Source: Macrostomum lignano (lineage: Eukaryota). From it: a stretch of DNA of 64,000 nt. The DNA is taken from assembly GCA_002269645.1 (NCBI GenBank), contig NIVC01000140.1, positions 62,001-126,000 on the forward strand, given 5' to 3'. The position numbers were made by a program, and so were the translations under genes. Below the pieces are notes generated by a model. It worked only from the letters and a program-made list of their open reading frames with translations, ran no database searches and was not told the DNA's origin. Below are positions 48,366 to 60,870 of this stretch, one piece after another. Position 1 is the first letter of the stretch. Each line of letters opens with the position of its first letter.

Positions 48366-49144
48366 CACACTGCTCATTGCATGGTGAGTTGCACACTGCT
48401 CATTGCATGGTGAGTTGTTGCACACTGCTCATTGCATGGTGAGTTGCACACTGCTCATTGCATGGTGAGTTGTTGCACACTGCTCATTGCATGGTGAGTT
48501 GCACACTGCTCATTGCATGGTGAGTTGTTGCACACTGCTCATTGCATGGTGAGTTGTTGGCCACTGCTCATTGCATGGTGAGTTGCTGCACACTGCTCAT
48601 TGCACGGTGAGTTGCACACTGCTCATTGCATGGTGAGTTGCACACTGCTCATTGCATGGTGAGTTGCACACTGCTCATTGCATGGTGAGTTGCACACTGC
48701 TCATTGCATGGTGAGTTGCTGCACACTGCTCATTGCACGGTGAGTTGCACACTGCTCATTGCATGGTGAGTTGCACACTGCTCATTGCATGGTGAGTTGC
48801 TGCACACTGCTCATTGCACGGTGAGTTGCACACTGCTCATTGCATGGTGAGTTGCACACTGCTCATTGCATGGTGAGTTGCTGCACACTGCTCATTGCAC
48901 GGTGAGTTGCACACTGCTCATTGCATGGTGAGTTGTTGCACACTGCTCATTGCATGGTGAGTTGTTGCACACTGCTCATTGCATGGTGAGTTGTTGCACA
49001 CTGCTCATTGCATGGTGAGTTGTTGGCCACTGCTCATTGCATGGTGAGTTGTTGCACACTGCTCATTGCGTGATGCGTTGCACACTGCTCATTGCGTGAT
49101 GCGTTGCACACTGCTCATTGCGTGATGCGTTGCACACTGCTCAT
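48366..49144. repeat. 26/29-bp minisatellite, about 28 copies, intronic
   Basis: Unit CACACTGCTCATTGCATGGTGAGTTG(TTG). Confidence 0.96.
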
Positions 49145-49871
49145 TAACAAAGGCGGCTACTTAAGATTGGGTGAATTAAACGATGCAGCAAGCTCAGTCT
49201 TTCAGACACGATGCTAAGTATTATGCTGGAGAGGCCGGAAGTTGATATTTTAGGAGCCTTGTACACACCGGCCGTTTGTGAGATCAGCCTCAGTGCATGC
49301 GGAGTGGGACAGTTTCAAATAGGCAGTGCCCAGGATGGCCCCAGGGGAATGGATGGCAAGCAAACCCTTGAGTGAAGAAGCAAGTGGTTACGGTTAGAGT
49401 TGAGTTCTTTGCAGGAGCGGCTACCCTGTGTCCCTAAGTTTTTCAACTGCATCCGGGCTTTGGCCTCTCCTAAGTTAGTCTAGGGTCCATCTTTGCTGTC
49501 TCGTCTTTCACAAAGAAGAACCTATGCTTGAGATAAAACCAAAGTCTAAGATTCATGTAGCGGTAGACTGGATTGAATAACTGTTGAATTGACTGTTCTT
49601 GCAAATGGTATATGTTGTCATTCTTTGGTTCCCTAGTCCACATGGTCTTAGAGATGAAAAATGAGCTGATGCGAATCATTTTGTTGCTCCCAGCCATGGC
49701 TGACAAGAGTCTTCTGCTTTTCTGCTCTCGCCTAAAGAGACGGCGCATTGCTCAGCCCCCGAAAATGAGCAGGGTCGCCCTCATTGGCCAGCAGCTAACC
49801 TGCTTCTTGCCTGAGTAAACAGCTTTTTAGGGTGGGGAGCGAGGGATCGATTTTCTGACATTCAGCACCAG

Positions 49872-50131
49872 TGCAGATCCCCATCCTCGCCAATTCCAAA
49901 AGCCGAGTCGGCCGCCTGCTCGAGCTCAGTCGGTTGTACCCCGAGCACTTCCTGCCAGACCCAGAGGACTCGGACAGACACCAACTGCTGCCAGTGCATT
50001 ACAGGCACCGCACCTGCCTCTGCTCAATGCCTGACGTGCCCGACCCACCCGACCCGCTGGATGCTCAGGTGCGCGCTCGAGGAGGAGCGGAGGAGCAGCT
50101 TGAGCAGCAGGATCAGCTGAGAGAGCTACAG
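49872..50131 (+). CDS. STARD13: RhoGAP gene, candidate exon after SAM
   Basis: caccag|TG phase 1 and CAG|gtagga phase 0, open frame; it bridges the 47842 donor to the 53264 acceptor. Homology is weak. Confidence 0.5.
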
Positions 50132-50794
50132 GTAGGACTTTGTAAATGATAGCTGCATTTTGATGCCCTGTTGGAATCCGTGGCTGCCGACAAGGCGGCT
50201 TTTGAGCTGCGCTTTCCTGCCGGGTCTGCAGGACTGTTTCGAATCCCAAGCGGTAACCCAGGCTGCGGGATGTGACGAATCTCCCTGTGCGAATGGCGCC
50301 GGGAGGCTCACACAGAAGGCCTATGAAACAGCAGGGCTTTTTCGTTAACTTCAACTGTCTTCTCCCGTTTCTGTCTCCCTCGCCTGCTGCTGGGCGGGGG
50401 GCGGCGGTGGGTGCGCGTTTGTTTGCGCGCACGGACAGGAGGCGGCTGGCGGGCACTGCTGTCACAGTTTCCAGTTGCAGCGGTCGCAGCGGTGTGCACG
50501 AGCGGTCCTGCGCACTCCGCTTCGATCTGGGCAAAGCAGGGCAATCCTGGGAAGAAATAAAGGGAGAAGGGGCTATTGCGAAAGATGAAGTGAGGGAAAG
50601 GCATCTGGGCGCAAAAGGCGGATCGCGTGTCTACAAGCAGGAAACTCCTCTTGGCAAGTCCTTGGCAGCAACTCCTTTGTAAAGAACTGAGCAGCCAAAA
50701 GGTGAGACTCAGTCAGGATTGAGTCAGATCAGCTTTAAGTGACTGCTAAAATCCTACCCAATGACCCTGCTGTGACCTCCCATCGTACCGGATT

Positions 50795-51602
50795 AGCTTG
50801 ACTCTCATTCGAGTTCCTCCCTTCATCTCTTAGCTTGACTCTCACTCCAGTTCCTCCCTTCATCTCTTAGCTTAACTCTCACTCCAGTTCCTCCCTTCAT
50901 CTCTTAGCTTGACTCCCACTCCAGTTCCTCCCTTCATCTCTTAGCTTAACTCTCAGTCCAGTTCCTCCCTTCATCTCTTAGCTTGACTCTCACTCCAGTT
51001 CCTCCCTTCATCTCTTAGCTTAACTCTCAGTCCACTTCCTCCCTTCATATCTTAGCTTAACTCTCACTCCAGTTCCTCCCTTCATCTCTTAGCTTAACTC
51101 TTAGTCCACTTCCTCCCTTCATCTCTTAGCTTAACTCTCAGTCCACTTCCTCCCTTCATCTCTTAGCTTAACTCTCAGTCCACTTCCTCCCTTCATCTCT
51201 TAGCTTAAATCTTAGTCCACTTCCTCCCTTCATCTCTTAGCTTAGCTCTCAGTCCAGTTCCTCTCTTCATCTCTTAGCTTAACTCTCAGTCCAGTTCCTC
51301 CTTTCATCTCTTAGCTTAACTCTCAGTCCACTTCCTCCCTTCATCTCTTAGCTTAAATCTTAGTCCACTTCCTCCCTTCATCTCTTAGCTTAACTCTCAG
51401 TCCAGTTCCTCCCTTCATCTCTTAGCTTAAATCTCAGTCCAGTTCCTCCCTTCATCTCTTAGCTTAACTCTCACTCCAGTTCCTCCCTTCATCTCTTAGC
51501 TTAACTCTCACTCCAGTTCCTCCCTTCATCTCTTAGCTTAAATCTCAGTCCAGTTCCTCCCTTCATCTCTTAGCTTAACTCTCACTCCAGTTCCTCCCTT
51601 CA
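50795..51602. repeat. 37-bp pyrimidine-rich minisatellite, about 22 copies
   Basis: Unit CTTAGCTTAACTCTCAGTCCAGTTCCTCCCTTCATCT. Confidence 0.96.
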
Positions 51603-53263
51603 GCTCGCAGCACAGATCCGAGTGCTTGGATACATTTGCTGTTGACTGGCTTCTGCTTTTGATTGGCTTTTTGTAGCAGTGCTTTTGCTACAATGTTAGC
51701 ACCTGCGAAGTCTGTTCTGCTCTTCTTTCCTCAGTTTATCACATCGACCCGCTGTGGTCTTCGCACTCATCTCACAATAAAATCGAGAAATTCAGGGGTG
51801 CTGCTTAATATTTCATTCTCTTTGAAGTTTCCGCGTAGACATCAGTCCACAGCTTCTCAAAGATTGTAGATAGATCATAAATAGATCAGAAGTGTTGCAT
51901 TTTTCTCATTCAATACATTTTGTAAAGTTAAATATCAATTTTGTATTGAACTCTGCCGTTTGCAAGCCAGAAAATTGGCTCCAAATTTTTCTTTCTTGTT
52001 TTCTTTTCAGCCACAGCTTTTCTTAAGACTACTTATGAGTAGAACTGTGGAATTCGCGGCTGACCGCGTGGAATGTCTATGGTCGCGCCCGCCCCTGTTT
52101 TTGCCCCGCCGTCCCGCTGGCCGCACCGGCCCATCACTCATCGCCAGGATGGCGCCCAACCCCATCTTGTCTGCTGCATCTGTGGCTATTTTTATCCTCC
52201 TAGTTATTGATAGCTCCCCCAGAAAGCTGGTTCGGCTTCTTTCCCGCTGAACTTGTAATTGCGAAAGCCCTGGCCCCTGTTCTTCCCGAGTTTTGTAATT
52301 CCTGCTTGTTCCCTACTGAGCGAATGGCCGCGGCTTCAGGATTTGCACTTTTTCACCAAACTGCCGGGCCCAAGTTCTGGCAAACTTTGTCTTGCCTGAG
52401 AGGGTCCGAGCAGCTTCCTGGCCAAGTGCATCCTAATTGCTGATGGAGGCCGGCATTCGAGTGTCGTCTCTTCCACTTTGCGCCCGCGTCACCGCCACGG
52501 CGGTGGGTGCGGGCGGCTGCAGCCCAGCCTGCGCTTCGCTCCACTTTGAATTTGCTTCAACCGTTGGGGGATGCGCTCTAAGTATTGCGCTTTTATGACA
52601 GAATCGAGGAATTTTTACGCAGACAGTCACTACAGAAGCAGGTGAAAGCGATTCAACTGGCCCATGGACCCCGGGATCCGACAGACAGACCATTTGTTCA
52701 TTAGAGATGATTTCAACAATTCTTTGCTGCACTTGTATTGGGATTTGCCTGTGCTTTCTTTGAGCCATCAGTTTCAAGCTAAGCAGAAGCACATTCAAAG
52801 TTGCTGCCAGTTCCCCCACGAATTCCACCCTTCCCAGAGATGCAGTCCGCCTACCGACACTTCCCATCTTCATCAGCGGCCTAGGGTTCGGCGGCAGCAG
52901 CCGCGTACTTGGGGCCCGTCATGGGATTGCGCTCGCGCTGGGGTGCTTTGGGGAGAAATGGAGGGACTTGCGTTGGCGCAGATTGTCAGCTGGCCCCTGC
53001 GGCTTGCATTCCCGCTGTTTTGACTCGCGCCCTCCGCCTCCGCCCTGGTCCTCCGATGCGCGGCCTCGCCCAGTGCGGACGGCTTTTTAATGGGGGCTGC
53101 ATGTGGAACTGAGGGGGGGGGGGCAGCCACCACTCGCTTGCCGGGATTTCCGCATCGCCCTCCTATCGCCCTGCCCCGCTCTACCCCCTTCGCCCTGCCC
53201 TCTCAGTTCCGAACCGAAATCTTTTCGAGCGTAAAAGCCTATTTTTTCTTACTGATGTGGCAG

Positions 53264-54095
53264 ACGGGCTGGGAAAAGGCAGGCAGGAAGCGGGATTCGC
53301 ATTGCCGGGAAGATTATCCTAACGAGCTGAGCTGCCACCTGTATTGCATGAACTGCTTCACTGTGCCGCAGCCGGAGCGCCGGGGCAGCCAGCAGCATCA
53401 GCAGCGCCGCAAGCAACACCAAGCCGGGCCGCCTGGCGACACGCTGACGGTCGACCTGAGCAGCCGCGACTCCGTGCTCGAGCCCGGCAGCAGCGGTCAG
53501 TTTGCCAGCCCCGGCTCCTCGACCGCCGCCGCTGATCCGCCGTCGGGGGGAGCCGCCGCCGCAGAGCCGCAGGCGCCGCCAAAGTCGCCACGCGGCCACA
53601 TCTTCCGCTCAGCCAGCCTCCGCCTCCGCTCGGCTCTCAGCCGCCTGCATCGGGACGCCTTCGGCTTTCGCTCTCTGCGCCGCTCAAAGACAGCGCGTGG
53701 CGCCAGCCAGCAGCAGCCGGAGTCGCAGCCAGGCACTTCGGCAGCGTCGACCTCTCAGCCGCAGGAGAAGCTCGGAAACCGGCCGCAGCCGATCCGCATA
53801 GAGACAGAGGCTGAGCTCTCCTCCATCATGTCTTCCGCTGGCTACACACCGTCCACGCTGGCTCCGTCCGAGGACGAGAGCTTCATGACCGCCAGCTCCT
53901 CGCTCAGCCAGCGCTTCAACTTGCGCACCGGCAGCTTCCACAACCGCAGCGTCGGAGCCGCCCCTGCCGCCCCTGCCGTGGCTGGCGCTGCCGCTGCCTC
54001 CTCTGCCTCGGGGGCATCGAGGTCCTCGCAGGCGAACAGCGAGGATCTGGACCGTGTGCTGTCGGAGCTGAGCACCGGCCTCACCGTTCTCAGAG
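53264..54095 (+). CDS. STARD13: RhoGAP gene, Ser/Ala-rich linker exon
   Basis: gtggcag|ACG (alternatively ATG at 53255) to AGA G|gtgcgt. Open, low-complexity frame ending EDLDRVLSELSTGL, similar to the DLC1 LDDIL helix. Confidence 0.7.
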
Positions 54096-54489
54096 GTGCG
54101 TAGGGATTTCGGTATCTGTGTGGGTGGTTTTTTTAATTTATCCTTGTCTCTCTGAATTGGATCCTGATTGAGCTCTATTGACAGCGCTTGATCCATGGAC
54201 CACTAAATTAGGATGCAGCACCACCAAACCGTGAAGTCTTTACTTTGACGAGGGGGTTCACTGTGTAGAATTTATTTGAGATTTGAATATTTGAGCTCTA
54301 TGCCAATGCAGTTCGACTTTGCTCACCTTCTGAACTTGCAATAGCATTATAAATTTAAATGCATCTTGTGACGGGGTAAACTATACAATTTTATAAAGCT
54401 ACGCTAATAAGCTAAGGAGTCCGTCAAAATTCCAGAGCATTTTAGTGGTAACCACTCACCTTTCTTCAAGGCCAGAGGCAGCTCTCAAT

Positions 54490-55800
54490 TGCCACAGTCT
54501 CAGCTGGAAGGCAAAACTCTCAATCCCACAAGTCAACTCAAAGCAAAAGCTCTCAATCCCACAGTCAACTCAAAGCAAAAGCTCTCAATCCTACAGTCAA
54601 CTCAAAGCCAAAGCTCTCAGTCCCACAGTCAACTCAAAGCAAAAGCTCTCAATCCCACAGTCAACTCAAAGCCAAATCTCTCAATCCCACAGTCAACTCA
54701 AAGCCAAAGCTCTCAATCCCACAGTCAACTCAAAGCAAAAGCTCTCAATCCCACAGTCAACTCAAAGCCAAATCTCTCAATCCTACAGTCAACTCAAAGC
54801 CAAAGCTCTCAGTCCCACGGTCAACTCAAAGCCAAAGCTCTCAATCCCACAGTCAACTCAAAGCCAAAGCTCTCAGTCCCACAGTCAACTCAAAGCAAAA
54901 GCTCTCAATCCCACAGTCAACTCAAAGCCAAATCTCTCAATCCCACAGTCAACTCAAAGCCAAAGCTCTCAGTCCCACGGTCAACTCAAAGCCAAAGCTC
55001 TCAATCCCACAGTCAACTCAAAGCCAAATCTCTCAATCCTACAGTCAACTCAAAGCCAAAGCTCTCAATCCCACAGTCAACTCAAAGCAAAAGCTCTCAA
55101 TCCCACAATCAACTCAAAGCCAAATCTCTCAATCCTACAGTCAACTCAAAGCCAAATCTCTCAATCCCACAGTCAACTCAAAGCCAAAGCTCTCAGTCCC
55201 ACAGTCAACTCAAAGCCAAAGCTCTCAATCCCACAGTCAACTCAAAGCCAAATCTCTCAATCCTACAGTCAACTCAAAGCCAAAGCTCTCTGTTGCCACA
55301 GTCAGCCGGAAGCCAAAGCTCTCTGTTGCCACAGTCTCAGCCGGAAGCCAAAGCTCTCTGTTGCCACAGTCAGCCGGAAGCCAAAGCTCTCAGTTGTCAC
55401 AGTCAGCCGGAAGCCAAAGCTCTCAGTTGCCACAGTCAGCCGGAAGCCAAAGCTCTCAGTTGTCACAGTCAGCCGGAAGCCAAAGCTCTCAGTTGCCACA
55501 GTCAGCCGGAAGCCAAAGCTCTCAGTTGCCACAGTCTCAGCCGGAAGCCAAAGCTCTCAGTTGCCACAGTCAGCCGGAAGCCAAAGCTCTCAGTTGCCAC
55601 AGTCTCAGCCGGAAGCCAAAGCTCTCAGTTGCCACAGTCTCAGCCGGAAGCCAAAGCTCTCAGTTGCCACAGTCTCAGCCGGAAGCCAAAGCTCTCAGTT
55701 GCCACAGTCTCAGCTGGAAGCCAAAGCTCTCAGTTGCCACAGTCAGCCGGAAGCCAAAGCTCTCAGTTGCCACAGTCTCAGCTGGAAACCGAAGCTCTCA
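54490..55800. repeat. Composite minisatellite: 32-bp block then 33/35-bp block
   Basis: CACAGTCAACTCAAAGCCAAAGCTCTCAATCC to about 55290, then CACAGTC(TC)AGCCGGAAGCCAAAGCTCTCAGTTGC. Confidence 0.96.
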
Positions 55801-56631
55801 ATTGCGGTCAAAGAAAAATCATGAAAGTTGAGTTCCTTGCCAATCCTGTCAGGCTGCCCTTTGGCGCGTCCCTCTCACCCGTCATAAAATACCCTGTAGA
55901 TAATTTGCCTCGCGAGGGATTTGGTTACTCGTGGCTGGCTTTGCTCGTCTCGCTGTAAGCTGCGCGGTCTTCTAAAACTATACTACTGATATACTACTGG
56001 CGAGTAGCATTCTGCACAAACCTGCCTGCACTGCTGAAGGCAGTGGCCGCTTGTACTTTGCATGGCCAGCAAATTCCGCACTCCAATTCCCTGGCTCACG
56101 GACGGCTTCGAGCCTTCGCCGGCTTTGCTCGCTCTTGCTGCTGCAGCACAAGGGCAGGCGGTGACCATTGGCTGATGCAGCCATGCTGACAATGACGTTT
56201 GCGAGCGCTGACGCAGGGAAGACGGGGCACGGCAGCAATGTCAGTGGGCGTGGCGCCGGCACTTCAGTCCTTTATTTTCTGTGCCGCCTCTACAAAAGAA
56301 ACATGAGGCATGGAACCTGGCGCAGCCTCCTCCCCTGCCTCTCCCTGATCGGCCAGGACACTCGCGACAACCGCCTGTGCGCTGCCCTTCCCCCGTCTCC
56401 AGCAGCGCCCAGCAGTGATGAATGCTGCCCCACATGGCCTCCGCCTTCGCCTATCATAGAATGGCATTTCGCTGCTAGAAAATTCTTCCTGGAGCCGCAT
56501 TTCCTTCTTCGGGCGGATGCAGCGGCACTTGCGGCTCAGTCGGCATTTTTCAAAGCTGTGCATTGCTGCGTATCTCCGAAATCTCCGTGTGTAACTTTCG
56601 GCTCCGCTGTTTGTGCATGCGACTGCTGCTG

Positions 56632-57098
56632 TCTGTTCTGCCCGTCACTCCCGCTGCACTCACTGTGTTGGTGTGTGGGCTTCTCCGTCACTCCCGCTGC
56701 ACTCACTGTGTTGGTGTGTGGGCTTCTCCGTCACTCCCGCTGCACTCACTGTGTTGGTGTGTGGGCTTCTCCGTCACTCCTGCTGCACTCACTGTGTTGG
56801 TGTGTGGGCTTCTCCGTCACTCCCGCTGCACTCACTGTGTTGGTGTATGGGCTTCTCCGTCACCCGCTGCACTCACTGTTGGTGTGTGGGCTTCTCCGTC
56901 ACTCCTGCTGCACTCACTGTTGGTGTGTGGGCTTCTCCGTCACTCCCGCTGCACTCACTGTGTTGGTGTGTGGGCTTCTCCGTCACTCCCGCTGCACTCA
57001 CTGTGTTGGTGTGTGCGCTTCTCCGTCACTCCCGCTGCACTCACTGTGTTGGTGTGTGCGCTTCTCCGTCACTCCCGCTGCACTCACTGTGTTGGTGT
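56632..57098. repeat. 43-bp minisatellite, about 11 copies
   Basis: Unit CTCCGTCACTCCCGCTGCACTCACTGTGTTGGTGTGTGGGCTT. Confidence 0.96.
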
Positions 57099-58011
57099 AT
57101 TTTCTCTCACCTCCAGAATCTACAATTTCATGTCACAAATTTGCTAGTTTATTGGCACAACAGTGAAGCAAGCACTGCTTCCCGAGTCAGATAAAGTAAC
57201 TCTGGTTTACTAAGGCCAAAGGCCAATCATCCAGCTGTTGCTGCAAATGCAGGAGGGAAGGCTGCTGTCAGACAGGACTTTTTAATGGATGCCACCATGC
57301 AATGCGGCCCATGCTAGCCTGGACTCAAGTGGCTGCTGACCACTTATCGCTTGGCTTCGCAGGCGCTAACCCAGCAATTATTTATGGCTGCCTTTCAGCA
57401 GGCCGGCCTGTCTATGGCTGAATGCCCGACAGGACTTCGGAATCCTCCAGTCCATTCTTTCTATCCGGCATTCATTTTGCCCGTGCAGCACTTCAGATCT
57501 CCGGCCTGCCGAATTCTAATCCTTCCTAGAATTTTGCTGCCCTGATCTTTTCGCCCCTGCAGTGTCTCGCAAATCCAATCTCCCTCTCACCTGATGCAGC
57601 TCCCCATGCGCCAATCTGCCTTCTCTCGTACCTGGCAAGTACACCGCGGCCCCCACCCAGACCGAGGCTTCTGCGCAGCCTTCGCTAATTTGAAAAAGCC
57701 TCCGCTGCTTCTGCTCTCCAGCTTTCATCCGGACTGCCCCGTCCTCCCTTCCTGCGCTTGTCCGTTTTTTAGCTGCCGGATTCCGGACTGTCTGGCCCAG
57801 CCAGCCACCCTGCAGTCCAGCAACCGGCAGGCCAGCCCGCTGCCGCAGATTGGCCCGGCCCGCTATCAATTAGCCCGATCCCCTCTCTTCTTCTGCCCTT
57901 CTCTGCTGCTTCAGCCCGCCTGCCTCTCCAAGCTCGTCCGGCCTGGCTGTCCGCTGCAGCCTCCGCCTTCTTTCTCAAGCTTCAGCATCGTCAGTCTGAC
58001 CAACGGCTAGC

Positions 58012-58937
58012 CGAGCACTCGGTGAGAACGCAGGGTAGAGTGAGTGTTTGGCAGCGAGGGCCAGCAGAGCACTCGGTCAGAGCCCGCAGGGTAGAGTGAG
58101 TGTTTGGCAGCGAGGGCCAGCAGAGCACTCGGTCAGAGCCCGCAGGGTAGAGTGAGTGTTTGGCAGCGAGGGCCAGCAGAGCACTCGGTCAGAGCCCGCA
58201 GGGTAGAGTGAGTGTTTGGCAGCGAGGGCCAGCAGAGCACTCGGTCAGAGCCCGCAGGGTAGAGTGAGTGTTTGGCAGCGAGGGCCAGCAGAGCACTCGG
58301 TCAGAGCCCGCAGGGTAGAGTGAGTGTTTGGCAGCGAGGGCCAGCAGAGCACTCGGTCAGAGCCCGCAGGGTAGAGTGAGTGTTTGGCAGCGAGGGCCAG
58401 CAGAGCACTCGGTCAGAGCCCGCAGGGTAGATTGAGTGAGTGGCAGCGAGGGCCAGCAGAGCACTCGGTCAGAGCCCGCAGGGTAGATTGAGTGAGTGGC
58501 AGCGAGGGCCAGCAGAGCACTTGGTCAGAGCCCGCAGGGTAGATTGAGTGAGTGGCAGCGAGGGCCAGCAGAGCACTTGGTCAGAGCCCGCAGGGTAGAG
58601 TGAGTGTTTGGCAGCGAGGGCCAGCAGAGCACTCGGTCAGAGCCCGCAGGGTAGATTGAGTGAGTGGCAGCGAGGGCCAGCAGAGCACTCGGTCAGAGCC
58701 CGCAGGGTAGATTAGTGAGTGGCAGCGAGGGCCAGCAGAGCACTTGGTCAGAGCCCGCAGGGTAGAGTGAGTGTTTGGCAGCGAGGGCCAGCAGAGCACT
58801 CGGTCAGAGCCCGCAGGGTAGATTGAGTGAGTGGCAGCGAGGGCCAGCAGAGCACTCGGTCAGAGCCCGCAGGGTAGATTGAGTGAGTGGCAGCGAGGGC
58901 CAGCAGAGCACTCGGTCAGAGCCCGCAGGGTAGAGTG
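58012..58937. repeat. 56-bp minisatellite, about 16 copies
   Basis: Unit GAGCACTCGGTCAGAGCCCGCAGGGTAGAGTGAGTGTTTGGCAGCGAGGGCCAGCA, with 55-bp variants. Confidence 0.97.
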
Positions 58938-59675
58938 ACCCGCATAGCAAGCACGAAGAGATTCTACTGTCATGCTCGGCTTTTGATCCCGAGCTTGGCC
59001 GGACCATAGGTGTACAATTTTATTATACTTGTATCTTATGTTTAGCTGGCCAGATCAGTCAATAAATGGCTTCGCCTCCGGTCAGGTAACCACCCCATTG
59101 GCGCTCTCTCCCCCTGCTCTGTCCGCTTCGTGCACCTTGTGTACTCTCTCTCCCTCCGTCGCGTCCCTCCCTCTTCGTCTCTCTGCCCCGCGCGCACCCA
59201 CCTCCCCCGATCTGGTTTCAAGGGCCTTCTTGCGTTGTTTTGTCTCTCTTTTATCCTTATTCATAATTGCTTCTCTTGTGCCTTAGTTATTGTTGATGGC
59301 TTGCTTAACTCTAAATAAATTCGTTTGTGTCCCACGTCGATAGGGCGTTTTGATCGCTTGCGCGCTTCGTTTCCCCCAAGTTCGCGTCCGGCTGCCTTCG
59401 TGCTCTGACCGTGGAATTAAACTGGTCAAAGTAAACCTTTTGTATTCGAATTCAGTGTTTACCAGGACCACTAAATATTTATAGACTTTTTGTATTTCAA
59501 TACTTTTAACCATAAACAAAAAAATTGACTGAAAAGTCTAATAGAGAAAATCGTGATAATCTTAAAGTTGGTTACCGTTTCTAGTCCTAGTATTTAGTAG
59601 TCCCCGAGTGTTAATTGATGAAGCAGGTGTTCCTGCAATCTCAGCAGTTCAGCAACCCGCCAACTCCACCGCCAG

Positions 59676-59901
59676 GCCCTACGGGATTCAAGAGCGTCCC
59701 GAACTCTCCGCTCCCGGCTGCCCTGGGGCCTCCGTCAGCCCGGGCGGCGGCTACGGCCTCCGATCACCTCGCGGCTGCCGACGTCGGCAACCTCATTGGG
59801 AACATCGCCGAGCTCGACTCGCTGCTGGGAGTCCGGGCCAACCCCCTGGCCAGGGAGCGGCGGGACAGCGGCATGGACTCGCCCACGCTGCTGCGGTACA
59901 G
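59676..59901 (+). CDS. STARD13: RhoGAP gene, exon with RERRDSG motif
   Basis: RERRDSGMDSPTL matches the DLC-family RERRDSGVGASLT. The acceptor ccgccag|GC was chosen for phase 1 (another acceptor at 59626 is phase 0). Donor AG|gttggt. Confidence 0.75.
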
Positions 59902-59932
59902 GTTGGTTATTCAACGGCTTCTCGGCTCACTC

Positions 59933-60070
59933 ATGCAGTTTCCATTGAGCTCTACCGCCACCCCCATGCAGTTTCCATTGAGCTCCACCGCCACCCCCAT
60001 GCAGTTTCCCTTGAGCTCCACCGCCACCCCATGCAGTTTCCCTTGAGCTCCACCGCCACCTCCATGCAGT
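59933..60070. repeat. 33-bp tandem repeat, about 4 copies
   Basis: Unit CATGCAGTTTCCATTGAGCTCCACCGCCACCCC. Confidence 0.92.
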
Positions 60071-60154
60071 TTCTTTTATGCTCTAATTACCATTTCGCCC
60101 ATTGTGTTTGAACTCCCATAAAAACCTGCCAGCTTAGACCTGTCAATCACGCAG

Positions 60155-60427
60155 CCCGCAGGCCTGTGGCATCGAAGCGGCTCCCCAGGACTGCACAGGC
60201 GAGTGCCAGCTCGGCGAAAACAACGGCAGCTGCGGCGGCATCCGACGGGGCACGAAATTTCGCTGGTCTTCGTTTGCCCGGTCGCACAGGCCCAGCATCC
60301 AGGTGCGGGAGATGCAAATAGCGGCCATGTCCATCGCCCAGATGCAGGTGCTCAAGAATGCCGCCTTCCTGGAGCTCAACAAAGTCATGCAAGAGTTCTG
60401 CCCGCCCAACAAGTCTCTGCTATCCTG
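60155..60427 (+). CDS. STARD13: RhoGAP gene, exon preceding the GAP domain
   Basis: cacgcag|C phase 2; KFRWSSFARSHRPSI..QIAAMSIAQMQVLK..FLELNKVMQEFCPPNK parallels DLC1 RLRWHSFQSSHRPSL..QINCQSVAQMNLLQK; donor TG|gtcagt. Confidence 0.88.
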
Positions 60428-60870
60428 GTCAGTTCCCTGCTGGTCATGGGTTGGCGACGTCAGTTCCCTGCTGGTCATGGGTTGGCGGGGTCAGTTCCCT
60501 ACTGGTCATGGGTTGGCGGGGTCATTTCCCTGCTGGTCACGGGTTGGCGGGGTCAGTTCCCTGCTGGTCATGGGTTGGCGGGGTCATTTCCCTGCTGGTC
60601 ACGGATTGGCGGGGTCATTTCCCTGCTGGTCATGGGCTGGCGGGGTCAGTTCCCTGCTGGTCATGGGTTGGCGGGGTCATTTCCCTTGCTGGTCATGGGT
60701 TGGCGGAGTCAGCTTACAGGAGCTGCTGGTCATGGGTTGGCCGGATCAGCTTACAGGAGCTGCTAGTCATGGGTTGGCGGGATCAGCTTACCGGAGCTGC
60801 TGGTCATGGGTTGGCCGGATCAGCTTACAGGAGCTGCTAGTCATGGGTTGGCGGGATCAGCTTACCGGAG
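60428..60870. repeat. 31-bp then 37-bp minisatellite starting at the splice donor
   Basis: Units GTCA(G/T)TTCCCTGCTGGTCATGGGTTGGCGGG and CTTACAGGAGCTGCTGGTCATGGGTTGGCCGGATCAG. Confidence 0.94.

Noticed and set aside
49612-49818. LLFCSRLKRR as the missing SAM C-terminal helix
   Set aside because: Only a few residues match and there is no phase-compatible splice pair.
54445-57194. 459-489 aa Ser/Gln-rich and Cys-rich ORFs
   Set aside because: Derived from the 32/33-bp and 43-bp arrays in a RhoGAP intron; no splice-phase support.
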